64,000 nt of DNA from an uncultured Alcanivorax sp. GTDB lineage: Bacteria; Pseudomonadota; Gammaproteobacteria; Pseudomonadales; Alcanivoracaceae. The notes beneath the pieces were generated by a model. The model searched no databases. It was not told where the DNA came from and worked only from the letters and a program-made list of their open reading frames with translations. Both the position numbers and the translations under genes were made by a program. The stretch lies in assembly GCA_913055795.1 (NCBI GenBank), contig CAJXLA010000001.1, positions 9,997-73,996 of the forward strand. The letters run 5' to 3'. Positions 18,579 to 27,587 of the stretch are shown in pieces (the stretch's first letter is position 1; each line of letters starts with the position of its first letter).

Positions 18579-20138
18579 TCAGAGTTTGGGCGGATACCCC
18601 GTGATTCGCCGGATGGCGCGGTACAGCGGCGCCAGGCGGCGGTAGAGGCGGCTGTACACCTCGCGGTGAAGCTGATCATAGAGCCGGGCGTTGTCCGGGT
18701 CGGGATCGAAGCGGTCCCCGGCATGGGTCATGGCAGCCACGGCTCTTTCATGGTCGGCATGCAAACCGGCGCCCACGGCCGCGTTGATCGCCGCGCCCAG
18801 GCCCGAGGTTTCCCAGGTGTGGGGGCGTTCCACGGGCAGATTGAAGAGATCGGCGGTGATGTGCATGGCTTCGTCGCTGCGTGAGCCGCCGCCGGATACG
18901 CGCAGCCGTTCCAGGGCTACGCCGTTGCGTTTTTCCAGGCGCGTGCGTCCGGCCCGCAAGGCATGGGCGATGCCCTCGATAATGGCCCGGTACAGATGCG
19001 CTCGGGTATGCACGTCACCGAAGCCGATAATGGCGCCCTTGGCCTCGGGGCCCGGCATGCGGACGCCGGGATTCCAGAAGGGTTGCAGGGTCAGGCCCAT
19101 GGCTCCGGGCGGCGAGGCTCGCAGCAGGTCCTCGAACAGCGCTTCCGGGGGTAGCCCCCGGCGTTCGGCTTCCTCCACCTCCGCCCGGGCGAATTCGCGC
19201 TTGAACCAGTTCACCATCCAGTAACCGCGTTGAACGATGATCTCGCTGTTGTAGTGCCCCGGCAGCGCCGCGGGATAGGGCGGCACAAAGCCCATGGGCT
19301 CCACATAACGGTCATTGCCGGTATTGATGGTGGCCGTAGTGCCGTAGCTGAGATGGCCGATGTCGGGTGTGAGCGCGCCCGAGCCCAGGACCTCGCAGGC
19401 CTTGTCCGCGCCCGCCGCGATCAGGGGCAGTCCCTCGGGGATGCCCGTGGTTTGTGCCGCTTCCGCCGTAATCCGGCCCAGGGGTTCGCCGGGTGGTGTC
19501 AGCGGTGGCAGCTGGTCGCGCCGTACCCGCAGGGCCCGCCACTTGATGTCCCCGGGACCGGCCCAGTCCTGCCGCCGGAAATCAAAGGGGAGATACCCCA
19601 CCTGGGCCGAGATCGCGTCGCGCAGCTCGCCGGTGAGTTGCCGGGTCAGCCAGCCGGAAAGCAGCACGAAGTGTTCCGTACGCGCCCAGGTGTCCGGCTC
19701 GGTCACCGCCAGCCAGTTGCACTCAGCGCGGGCCTGAAACTGATGCATGGTCTCGCCCAGGCCCAGCAGCCGGATGGGCACGGCCAGCCACCAGGGCAGC
19801 CGCGGATAGTTACCGGTCCGTCGCTGATCCAGCCAGATGACGGCCGGGCGCACGGGTTCACGGTTTTCATCCAGGCAGACCACCGAGGCCCGCTGGGTCG
19901 TCAGGGCCGCGGCCGCCAGGCGTTCGCGCAAATCGCCGTGTTCCTGCCACAGCTGCCGGCAGGCCTCGCTCAGCTTTCGCCAGAAGTAATAACAGTCCTG
20001 TTCCGCCTGCCCGGGTTCCGGGGAGCGGTACGGCTCGATCTCTACCTGTTCGCGTGCCAGCAGGCCGCCGTGCCGGTCGAAGATCATGGCCCGCGCGCTC
20101 TGCGTCCCCTGATCCAGCGCCAGCAGCAGATCCTTCAT
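18579..20138 (-). CDS. FGGY-family carbohydrate kinase
   Basis: 519 aa. N-terminus MKDLLLALDQGTQSARAMIFD (actin-fold phosphate-1 motif). C-terminus LRVSGGGSRSDEAMHITADLF. The start overlaps the upstream stop as ATGA (20135-20138). Confidence 0.85.
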   Translation of the reverse strand: MKDLLLALDQGTQSARAMIFDRHGGLLAREQVEIEPYRSPEPGQAEQDCYYFWRKLSEACRQLWQEHGDLRERLAAAALTTQRASVVCLDENREPVRPAVIWLDQRRTGNYPRLPWWLAVPIRLLGLGETMHQFQARAECNWLAVTEPDTWARTEHFVLLSGWLTRQLTGELRDAISAQVGYLPFDFRRQDWAGPGDIKWRALRVRRDQLPPLTPPGEPLGRITAEAAQTTGIPEGLPLIAAGADKACEVLGSGALTPDIGHLSYGTTATINTGNDRYVEPMGFVPPYPAALPGHYNSEIIVQRGYWMVNWFKREFARAEVEEAERRGLPPEALFEDLLRASPPGAMGLTLQPFWNPGVRMPGPEAKGAIIGFGDVHTRAHLYRAIIEGIAHALRAGRTRLEKRNGVALERLRVSGGGSRSDEAMHITADLFNLPVERPHTWETSGLGAAINAAVGAGLHADHERAVAAMTHAGDRFDPDPDNARLYDQLHREVYSRLYRRLAPLYRAIRRITGYPPKL

Positions 20139-21622
20139 GCCGGGTCCCCGGGCACGCTGTAATACTGCTCGATAAGGACAATATAGCGCTCGACTTCCCG
20201 CGTCCAGCGCTCTTCATCCCAGCCCAACAACCGCTGACAAGGCGCGCGCAGGGCGTCGAGCTGTTCCCGGGCACCCCGGCGGTGCAGCAGCCCCAGATGG
20301 GTGCGGCGCAGAAGCAGATCATCCAGATGCACCACCATCTCGTGCTCGAGAATCCATTCCACCCATTGGGTATCGCTCAGTTCCGGCCACGCCCGCAGCG
20401 GATGGCCACCACCCGGATGGAGCTCGCGGGGCCGGAACAAGGGCGTGCGGTCATGGCCGTGTTCACGCCGGCCCTGGGCGTCCAGCAGCCCGGCCGCCTC
20501 CAGCGCATCCAGCGCGATCAGGCGGAAGGTGGTGAGCTTGCCGCCACTGACCGTAATCACGCCGTCATTCTCCCAGACATCGTGCTCGCGCCTTTCCTGG
20601 GAGGGATCCAGCCCCTTGCCGCTGCTGATGACCGGACGCACGCCGGCCCAGGTGGAGATGACATCGGCCGGCGCAAGCTGCAATTCCGGAAACTGACTGT
20701 TGGCCAGTTCCAGCAGGTAATCCAGCTCCCGGCGGGAACAGCGGGGTTCCTCGTCGAGGTTTTTGTCGTGATCCAGATCGGTGGTGCCGATACAGGTGGC
20801 CCCTTCCCAGGGGAAGATGAACACGGGGCGGCCATCTTTTGGATGCAGGATGGTGAGACAGTGGTTTACCGGCACGCGCTGGCGGGATACGAAGAGGTGG
20901 CTGCCGCGCAGCGGGCGTATCCGGGCCGCGCTGCCCGAGAGCCGATCCGCCCAGGCGCCGGTGGCATTGATGACGCGCGTGGTGTCCAGCTCATGGGTGC
21001 TGTGGTCACAACCGTCGGTCACCCGGATTCGAAAGCCTGTGTCCGTAGCCGTGACGGCGTCCGCGGTTAGATAGTTGCAAACCACCCCGCCCTCGGCTGT
21101 CCCTTCATGGAGGATGCGCAGCACCAGGCGGCTGTCGTCCGTCAGGGCGTCGGTATAGGTCATGGCGCCCTTGAGTCCGGTCTGCTCGAATCCGGGCAGC
21201 CGATCGAGCACGGCGGAGCGAGTCAGCCAGCGGTGATCCCGGATGCCGGCGAGACGGTCATAGAGCCAGAGCAGCAGTTTCATGGACCAGCGCCCGGGGA
21301 AACGCTTCCGGCGGATGGGGAAGAGGTAGTCCTGACGCACGACCAGCTCGGGCAATTCCTGGATGAGCCGTTCGCGCTCGCGCAACGCATCCCGTGTCAG
21401 GCCAATATCGCCCTGGGCGATGTAGCGCAAGCCGCCGTGCACCATCTTGGACGAGCGGCTGGAGGTGCCCCAGGCAAAGTCACGCTGTTCCACCAGCAGC
21501 ACCTTCAGGCCCAGCCGGGACGCCATCAGCAGAATGCCGGCACCGGTAATGCCGCCCCCGATGACGATCAGGTCCCAGTGCGTACGGGCCAGCTTGGTCG
21601 GATCCGGACGTTTACCCGGCAT
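20135..21622 (-). CDS. FAD-dependent glycerol-3-phosphate dehydrogenase/oxidase-like protein
   Basis: 495 aa. DLIVIGGGITGAGILLMASRLGLKVLLVEQRDFAWGTSSRSSKMVHGGLRY is the classic GlpD N-terminus. It overlaps the upstream gene by 11 nt. Confidence 0.85.
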   Translation of the reverse strand: MPGKRPDPTKLARTHWDLIVIGGGITGAGILLMASRLGLKVLLVEQRDFAWGTSSRSSKMVHGGLRYIAQGDIGLTRDALRERERLIQELPELVVRQDYLFPIRRKRFPGRWSMKLLLWLYDRLAGIRDHRWLTRSAVLDRLPGFEQTGLKGAMTYTDALTDDSRLVLRILHEGTAEGGVVCNYLTADAVTATDTGFRIRVTDGCDHSTHELDTTRVINATGAWADRLSGSAARIRPLRGSHLFVSRQRVPVNHCLTILHPKDGRPVFIFPWEGATCIGTTDLDHDKNLDEEPRCSRRELDYLLELANSQFPELQLAPADVISTWAGVRPVISSGKGLDPSQERREHDVWENDGVITVSGGKLTTFRLIALDALEAAGLLDAQGRREHGHDRTPLFRPRELHPGGGHPLRAWPELSDTQWVEWILEHEMVVHLDDLLLRRTHLGLLHRRGAREQLDALRAPCQRLLGWDEERWTREVERYIVLIEQYYSVPGDPA

Positions 21623-23219
21623 GATCGTTCTCCCCCAGCAGGCAACCTGGATTCAGGCGCGTGTCCGGATCGAAATGGTGCATCAGCGCCGTGAGCGCCG
21701 CCATGCCCTGCTCGCCCTTTTCCGCCGGCAGCCAGGGGGCATGATCCCGGCCCACGCCGTGCTGGTGACTGATGGTGCCGCCCAGCCGCGCAATCACGTC
21801 CGAAGCCGCGCTTTTCATGCGCCACCAGCGTTGCCGGGTTTCCTCCAGACTGTCCGAGCAGCGGAACACGTAGGAGGTATAGATGCTGGAACCCTGAGCG
21901 TAAAGGTGCGAAAGGTGGGTAAAGACATGGGCCTGTTCACCCTCGCCGGCCTCGCCCCGGATGGCGTCTTCCACCTGCGCCACCATTTCGGGCACGCGGT
22001 CCCAGTTCACCGCCGTCTCCAGGGTGTCCACGACATAGCCGTGCTCCCAGAGCCCGTGGCGCAGATAGGGTGATCGGAACCGGGTTTCTTCCCACTTGCG
22101 CCCCAGCGGGCGGCCGGTGTGTACGCCCCCGGCCCGGCGGATGCGGCGCACGGTCTCGCGCAGCGTCTGACGGCAGGCGCGTGCCTCGCCGCTGACGCCG
22201 AAGGTGAGCATGCATTTGCCGTCGCCGCAGCCCCGCAGGCGCAGATAGCGCTCCAGGGCCGCGACCGCCTTTTCATGACCGGCCAGCACCAGCTGGGTGC
22301 GGGTTTCTTCCGGGTTCGACAGGCGCACCATGGACAGCGGCAAACGCGCCTGCACCAGCTCCCGGGCCAGGCGCACGCCGTGTTCCCAGTCCGGCATGAA
22401 GGCCACATGGAAGCTCTCGTGCTCGGGTTGCGGCGATACCCGGGCCTGGACCTCGGTGATTAGGCCCAGACGCCCTTCCGAGCCCAGCACCAGTTCGCGC
22501 AGATCGGGGCCGGCGGACGAGGCGGGAAAGGCCGGAATCTCCAGACTGCCTCGGGGGGTCTCCACACGCCCGCCGGCAAACAGTTGTTCGATCCGGCCGT
22601 AGCGCAGGCTCTGCTGCCCGCTGGACCGACTCGCCACCCAACCGCCGATGGTCGACAGCTCCCAGGACTGCGGATAATGGCCCAGTACATACCCCTGCTC
22701 GGCCAGCAGCCGTTCCACTTCGGGCCCGGGTGTGCCGGCTCCGAAGGTGGCCAGCTGACTGGTCCGATCCAGCTTCAGCAACCCGTTGAGGCGCGCCAGC
22801 GACAGGGTGAGCACGGGGGCATTGGATACCGGTGGATTGATGTGACCCGCCACGGAGGTGCCACCGCCGTAGGGAATCAACCGGATACCATGCTCCACCG
22901 CCCAGTCCAGCAGCTCGCGTACCTGGCCACGGTCGGCGGGCTGCGCCACCCCGTCCGGGAAGGTGCCGAAATCACCCGCGCGCATCGCCAGCCAGTCCGG
23001 CAGACTCTGACCCCGGGCATGGCGAACCCGGGTTTCGGCGGAAGAGTCAATCAAGCGATGATGCGGCAACCGCGAGCCGGGCACGCGGGCCATCACATCC
23101 GCGAGAGCGGCATCGGCGTGGATACGCCCGGGCCCCAGCACCCGTTTCAGAAAGTCCCGCCCGGCGGGTTTCAGGGGGAAATGGGTGGCTTCGTCACCCC
23201 AGCCGTTCCAGCGTCGCAT
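21612..23219 (-). CDS. FAD-linked (PCMH-type) oxidase, alkyl-DHAP-synthase-like
   Basis: 535 aa. N-terminus MRRWNGWGDE, FAD-binding IPYGGGTSVAGH, and a C-terminal oxidase domain ending HQHGVGRDH. Confidence 0.75.
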   Translation of the reverse strand: MRRWNGWGDEATHFPLKPAGRDFLKRVLGPGRIHADAALADVMARVPGSRLPHHRLIDSSAETRVRHARGQSLPDWLAMRAGDFGTFPDGVAQPADRGQVRELLDWAVEHGIRLIPYGGGTSVAGHINPPVSNAPVLTLSLARLNGLLKLDRTSQLATFGAGTPGPEVERLLAEQGYVLGHYPQSWELSTIGGWVASRSSGQQSLRYGRIEQLFAGGRVETPRGSLEIPAFPASSAGPDLRELVLGSEGRLGLITEVQARVSPQPEHESFHVAFMPDWEHGVRLARELVQARLPLSMVRLSNPEETRTQLVLAGHEKAVAALERYLRLRGCGDGKCMLTFGVSGEARACRQTLRETVRRIRRAGGVHTGRPLGRKWEETRFRSPYLRHGLWEHGYVVDTLETAVNWDRVPEMVAQVEDAIRGEAGEGEQAHVFTHLSHLYAQGSSIYTSYVFRCSDSLEETRQRWWRMKSAASDVIARLGGTISHQHGVGRDHAPWLPAEKGEQGMAALTALMHHFDPDTRLNPGCLLGENDHAG

Positions 23220-23483
23220 AACGGTCTCTGCCTCAGAGAATTGCCCCGCATGCTACGGAATTGACGGCCGGCTTTCATGCTCCGTGACATCCTGCTTGGG
23301 GATTTCGGGACCCAAAAGATGAAAAATGGTTTCAATTCATCGGGTTAGGACGTAAACCTGAAGTTCTTGTTTGACCTGGCTGGTGCGGCATTTGCCTGCG
23401 TAGGCCCGGATCACGGGATGAAAAACCGCTGCAGTTGCCGTACCCTTGGTCAGACATTATCACCCGCTGGATCGAGGCTCCGC

Positions 23484-24143
23484 ATGAAGCAACTCGCCAT
23501 TGTGGCCCTGGCCGCCGGCCTGGCCGCCTGCAGTACCGTGAACCCCTACACCGGGGAAAAACAGACCGCCAAGGCCACCTCGGGCGCGGCCATCGGGGCC
23601 GCCGTGGGCGCGCTGGTGGGCATTGCCACTTCGGACAGTTCCAAGGAGCGCAAGGAACGGGCCCTCAAGGGCGCGGGGATCGGTGCCCTGGCCGGTGGCG
23701 GCGTGGGCGCCTATATGGATCAGCAGGAAGCCAAGATGCGCCAGAAGCTGGAAGGTACGGGCGTGTCGGTGACCCGCGACGGCGACCGCCTGATCCTGAA
23801 CATGCCCGGCAATATCACCTTTGCCACGGACAGTTCCCGGGTTCAGGACTCCTTCCGTCCGGTCCTGGATTCCGTTTCGGAGGTGCTGTCCGAATACGAA
23901 AAGACCATGATCCAGGTGGCGGGTCATACCGACAGCACCGGCGGCGATCGCTACAACATGCTGCTGTCGCAACAGCGCGCCCAAAGCGTGGCGGATGTGC
24001 TCAACGAATTCGGTGTGCAATCCGTGCGCATTGATCCGGTGGGCTTCGGTGAAACCCAACCCATCGCCACCAATGAAACGGAAACCGGCCGGGCGCGCAA
24101 CCGGCGCGTGGAACTCACCCTGGTGCCCTATCAGGAAGAGTGA
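23484..24143 (+). CDS. OmpA-family lipoprotein with glycine-zipper region (YiaD-like)
   Basis: Track ORF 23367..24143, trimmed to ATG 23484. Lipobox MKQLAIVALAAGLAAC, Gly-zipper GAAIGAAVGALVGIA, and OmpA_C motifs (GHTDSTG, LSQQRA, NRRVEL). Confidence 0.9.
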   Translation: MKQLAIVALAAGLAACSTVNPYTGEKQTAKATSGAAIGAAVGALVGIATSDSSKERKERALKGAGIGALAGGGVGAYMDQQEAKMRQKLEGTGVSVTRDGDRLILNMPGNITFATDSSRVQDSFRPVLDSVSEVLSEYEKTMIQVAGHTDSTGGDRYNMLLSQQRAQSVADVLNEFGVQSVRIDPVGFGETQPIATNETETGRARNRRVELTLVPYQEE

Positions 24144-24151
24144 AAGCAACA

Positions 24152-24176
24152 GCCGGGCGGGCGTGCTCCGCCCGGC
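24152..24176. terminator. GC-rich hairpin between convergent genes (candidate bidirectional terminator)
   Basis: GCCGGGCGG-gcgtgct-CCGCCCGGC gives a 9-bp perfect stem. It lies 8 nt after the ompA-like stop and 14 nt before the stop of the convergent gene. There is no strong U-tract on either side. Confidence 0.5.
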
Positions 24177-24190
24177 CTTGCCGATGCCCG

Positions 24191-25306
24191 TCAGGAGGCG
24201 TCTTCGTACAGCGGTTTGGACAACTCCGCCCAGTCCACCTCGCCGTCATGCCCCAGATCCTCGAATTGCAGAATCCCGAGCTGCTCGAATTTCGGTCGCA
24301 CGCTTTCGGTTAGCAGGCCGATGCGCTTGAGATTGGGCATGATGCGGGTGAACAGCAGATTCCGGAACTGCGCCATCAGGCTGGATTCCAGCGCCACCTG
24401 ACGAGCTCTTTCCACATCCCAGCCAAAGTGTGCGAAGACATCGGTGGCGATCAGGCGCTCGCGCATGACCACACAGGCCTCATAGGCGAACTGCGCGCGT
24501 TCCTCGCGTTCTTCCTCGGTGAGCTGATCGGTGACGTATTCCTGAAGGTAGTTCACGCCGAAGGTTACGTGCCGTGCCTCGTCGCGTACCACCAGGTGAA
24601 TGATGTCGCGCAGCAACTTGTCCTGGGCGGTCAGTTTGAGGGTGTTGAACGCCGCCAGGGCCAGCCCCTCGATAATGATCTGCATGCCGATGAACTTCAG
24701 ATCCCAGCGCGGATCGGACAGGATCTTGTCCAGCAGGGCCTTCAGGTGTTCGTTCACCGGGTAGAGGATACCGATCTTGTCCTGCAGGTACTTGGTAAAG
24801 ACCTCCACATGCCGCGCTTCGTCGAAGGTCTGGGACGCGGCGTAGAGTTTGGCGTCATAGGTGGGTGCACAGGAGGTGAGCTGGGACGCTACCAGGAGCG
24901 CGCCCTGTTCGCCGTGCATGAATTGCGCCAGCATCCAGGCCAGGTTGTGCCAGCCGAAGCGCAGCTTTTCATCCTCCGACAGGGCCTCGAAGGGCTCCCA
25001 GCCGGCAAACGGATTCATGCTCTCGTCCAGTGGATACTGGTCCTTGGGCAAGGTCTGGCTCCAGTCCACATCCATTTCCGCGTTCCAGTTGAGCTCCTTG
25101 CCCAGGCGGTAGAGCTTGCGGATGCGGTCGTCGGCGCTGGAGTAATCCCAGTTGTAGTGCCCGGTCAGCGGCGTCTGGAAGATCTCGACGATATCCTGCA
25201 CATGGCCCGGGGTGAGCTTGTCCTCGATGTCCTCGGCCCCCGGTCCGTCCCAGCTCTCGTAATAGGCTACTTCTTCGGGCGGCTGTTCCCGATTATCGAT
25301 TTTCAT
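24191..25306 (-). CDS. Ferritin-like diiron oxygenase (AurF/desaturase-like four-helix bundle)
   Basis: 371 aa. Two E...ExxH-type pairs are visible (FMHGEQGA / FDEARHVEVF and IIIEGLA / RDEARHVTFG). Confidence 0.7.
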   Translation of the reverse strand: MKIDNREQPPEEVAYYESWDGPGAEDIEDKLTPGHVQDIVEIFQTPLTGHYNWDYSSADDRIRKLYRLGKELNWNAEMDVDWSQTLPKDQYPLDESMNPFAGWEPFEALSEDEKLRFGWHNLAWMLAQFMHGEQGALLVASQLTSCAPTYDAKLYAASQTFDEARHVEVFTKYLQDKIGILYPVNEHLKALLDKILSDPRWDLKFIGMQIIIEGLALAAFNTLKLTAQDKLLRDIIHLVVRDEARHVTFGVNYLQEYVTDQLTEEEREERAQFAYEACVVMRERLIATDVFAHFGWDVERARQVALESSLMAQFRNLLFTRIMPNLKRIGLLTESVRPKFEQLGILQFEDLGHDGEVDWAELSKPLYEDAS

Positions 25307-25413
25307 GAAGGCCTCCTGCGTTGTGGGAACCTGTCCCTCACGCTAGGCTCATGTGTCCACCGCGGCAATGTCGTGGAATGACAATTCGCGAGGTTTTTGT
25401 CGTTAAATCACAA

Positions 25414-25875
25414 TCAGCTCAGCTGATCTTCCGCTTCCTCGGATAACAGGAAATGGGATCGCGCAATGGCAATGGGTTCACTGCGTCGCACTTGCCAGGC
25501 ATCAATGGCCAGATTCGCCACCCGCCGACCCAGCCGCGTGACGCGACACTCGGCAAAGGTGTCCCGGAAATAGCCCGCGCGCAGGTAATCCACGGTGAAA
25601 TCAATGGTCTTGGGTACCCGTGGCTCGCCCATCTTCAGCAACAAATAGATGATCGCGGATTGTTCCAGAAAACCCGCCACGGCGCCGCCGTGCAGTGCGG
25701 GCAGGGTCGGATTACCCAGGTTGTCGGCGTTTTTGGGCAGCACGAAGGTCATTTCCTCGCCGTGGGCCTCCACCTGGATCCCCAGGAACCGGGCATAAGG
25801 CACATGATCCACCAGATCCTGATAGGCCGCCTCCCCCGAGCGGCACTGCGTCACCCGACGGGCCAGTTCATTCAC
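25414..25875 (-). CDS. PaaI-family hotdog thioesterase
   Basis: 153 aa. LHGGAVAGFLEQSA motif and hotdog-fold length. Overlaps the upstream paralogue by 8 nt. Confidence 0.8.
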   Translation of the reverse strand: MNELARRVTQCRSGEAAYQDLVDHVPYARFLGIQVEAHGEEMTFVLPKNADNLGNPTLPALHGGAVAGFLEQSAIIYLLLKMGEPRVPKTIDFTVDYLRAGYFRDTFAECRVTRLGRRVANLAIDAWQVRRSEPIAIARSHFLLSEEAEDQLS

Positions 25876-26398
25876 GGGGCGCCTCCCTGTCCGAACCTCG
25901 CGGGATCTTCATGCGCATATAGGTAGCCAGTCCGGTCGCTACCGGCTCTTCCTCCAGGCCTTCGGCGAAGGCCGTCACACGCACGAAGGCGACCTGGGAG
26001 CTGAGCCGATAGCAGACGCCGTCGCCGATCACGGCGCGTCCGGATTCGGCCGGGCGTAGATGATCCAGCCGGAAGTCGATGGTGGGCGTGATTTCATAAT
26101 CCGGATAAATGGCGCAGGCATTGGCCAGACCGCCCACCTGATCGAGAAAAGCGAAGACGGCGCCGCCGTGGATGGCCCCGGTTTCCGGATTCCCCACCAG
26201 TTCGGCGCGCCAGGGCATGCGGCAGCGCACGCTGTCCTCGCCGGTCTCGAGCACCTCGATGCCCAGGTTGGTGGAATGCTGTACCGTGGCGACAAAGCGC
26301 CGACACAGCTCCAGGCGGGTGTGCGCCGCGGTATTCGACGGGGCCAAGAACAACTCCTGATTCGCCGCCGGGCTCCTGCCCGTTGCAATGTGGCGCAT
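25868..26398 (-). CDS. PaaI-family hotdog thioesterase (second copy)
   Basis: 176 aa. IHGGAVFAFLDQVG motif. The start is uncertain: an internal TTG after AGGAG is also possible. Confidence 0.75.
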   Translation of the reverse strand: MRHIATGRSPAANQELFLAPSNTAAHTRLELCRRFVATVQHSTNLGIEVLETGEDSVRCRMPWRAELVGNPETGAIHGGAVFAFLDQVGGLANACAIYPDYEITPTIDFRLDHLRPAESGRAVIGDGVCYRLSSQVAFVRVTAFAEGLEEEPVATGLATYMRMKIPRGSDREAPRE

Positions 26399-26450
26399 CT
26401 TACATCATCTTGCCGCCCTTGCGCGCAAGCGGACGGGACAATGAGCACCC

Positions 26451-27578
26451 ATGAGCACCACCAACCGGTTCAGCAATGGCTGGCGCATGCTCGCCCATGC
26501 GGTGGAGCGCCGGCGTCATCCCCAGCGTTTCATTCTGGTGGACCAGACCCCCTGGCAGGAAATCTACCGGGACGGGATCATGGCCGTGCGCCACTATACC
26601 CTGCCCGCCCGGGACAGCATCGTGGTCGAGAACCAGACAATCCCCGCGGCGAGCCAACGCCATGCCACGCCGGTGCTGCTGATACCGCCACTGGGCATTC
26701 AGCCCTGGACCTTCGACCTCATGCCCACGCGCTCCATGGTGCGCTATCTCATGGCGCGCGGCTTTGACGTCTACCTGCTGGACTGGGGCAAGCCCTCTCA
26801 GTCCGACCGGGAGCTCAATCTCGACACCTATGTCAATCACTGGCTCCCCGCCGCGGTGGAAGCGGTACGCGAACACGCGCATGTACCGCAGGTCAGCCTG
26901 GTGGGCTATTGCATGGGTGGGCTGCTGGGCCTGATGTATCTGGGCGGTCATGCGAACACACCCGTGGCGAATCTGGCGACCATCGCGTCGCCGGTAAATT
27001 TTCACAAGAGCGGCTTCTTCGGGGCCCTGTCCGGGTTGGTGAGCATTCCGGCCATGAAGATCCATGAGTGGTTTCAGGTCCGGCTCGAGCCCGTGGACAG
27101 TCAGCTCTTCCATGTCCCCGGTTCATTGCTGTCGCTGGGCTTCAAGCTGACCAATCCACCGGGTGTAGTGGCTTCCTATATCGATCTGGTGCGCAATATC
27201 GCCGACCGGGAATATGTCACCGAGTACATGACCATGGGTCAGTGGTTCAACGATATGGTGGATTATCCGGGCGCGACCGTACGCGAGGTTATCGAAAAGA
27301 TGCTCATTGCCAACAGCCTGGCGGACGGGCGCATTGAAATCGGCGATCGCACCGCCGACTTCGCTCATATCAAGGTCCCCTTGCTGGCGATCGCGGGTCG
27401 GGACGATCGTATCGTGTCCATCCGCGCGGCGCGCGAGATCATGCGCCTGGCGGGCTCGTCCGACAAGCACTTCGAGGTGCTGCCGGGCGGCCATGCCGGC
27501 GTATTCGCCGGCGGGCGCGCCCCCGAGTACGGCTGGCGCATGATCGCGGACTGGCTGAGTCCCTTGTCCGACGACTGA
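26451..27578 (+). CDS. Class III/IV PhaC-like alpha/beta hydrolase (Cys nucleophile, GYCMGG)
   Basis: 375 aa. FDVYLLDWGKPSQSDRELNLDTYVNHW...VSLVGYCMGGLLGLMY resembles the class III PHA synthase core as I recall it. The candidate triad is C154, the D in AGRDDRIV and the H in PGGHAGVF. No phaE, phaR or phasin gene is adjacent. Confidence 0.7.
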   Translation: MSTTNRFSNGWRMLAHAVERRRHPQRFILVDQTPWQEIYRDGIMAVRHYTLPARDSIVVENQTIPAASQRHATPVLLIPPLGIQPWTFDLMPTRSMVRYLMARGFDVYLLDWGKPSQSDRELNLDTYVNHWLPAAVEAVREHAHVPQVSLVGYCMGGLLGLMYLGGHANTPVANLATIASPVNFHKSGFFGALSGLVSIPAMKIHEWFQVRLEPVDSQLFHVPGSLLSLGFKLTNPPGVVASYIDLVRNIADREYVTEYMTMGQWFNDMVDYPGATVREVIEKMLIANSLADGRIEIGDRTADFAHIKVPLLAIAGRDDRIVSIRAAREIMRLAGSSDKHFEVLPGGHAGVFAGGRAPEYGWRMIADWLSPLSDD

Positions 27579-27587
27579 ACCGGGCGG

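Noticed and set aside
26441-26460. Direct 10-nt near-duplication ATGAGCACCC / ATGAGCACCA at the PhaC-like start, which gives two ATGs in different frames.
   Set aside because: The first ATG frame encodes a low-complexity Pro/His/Gly product. The duplication is short and may be chance or local slippage, so I cannot attach a function.
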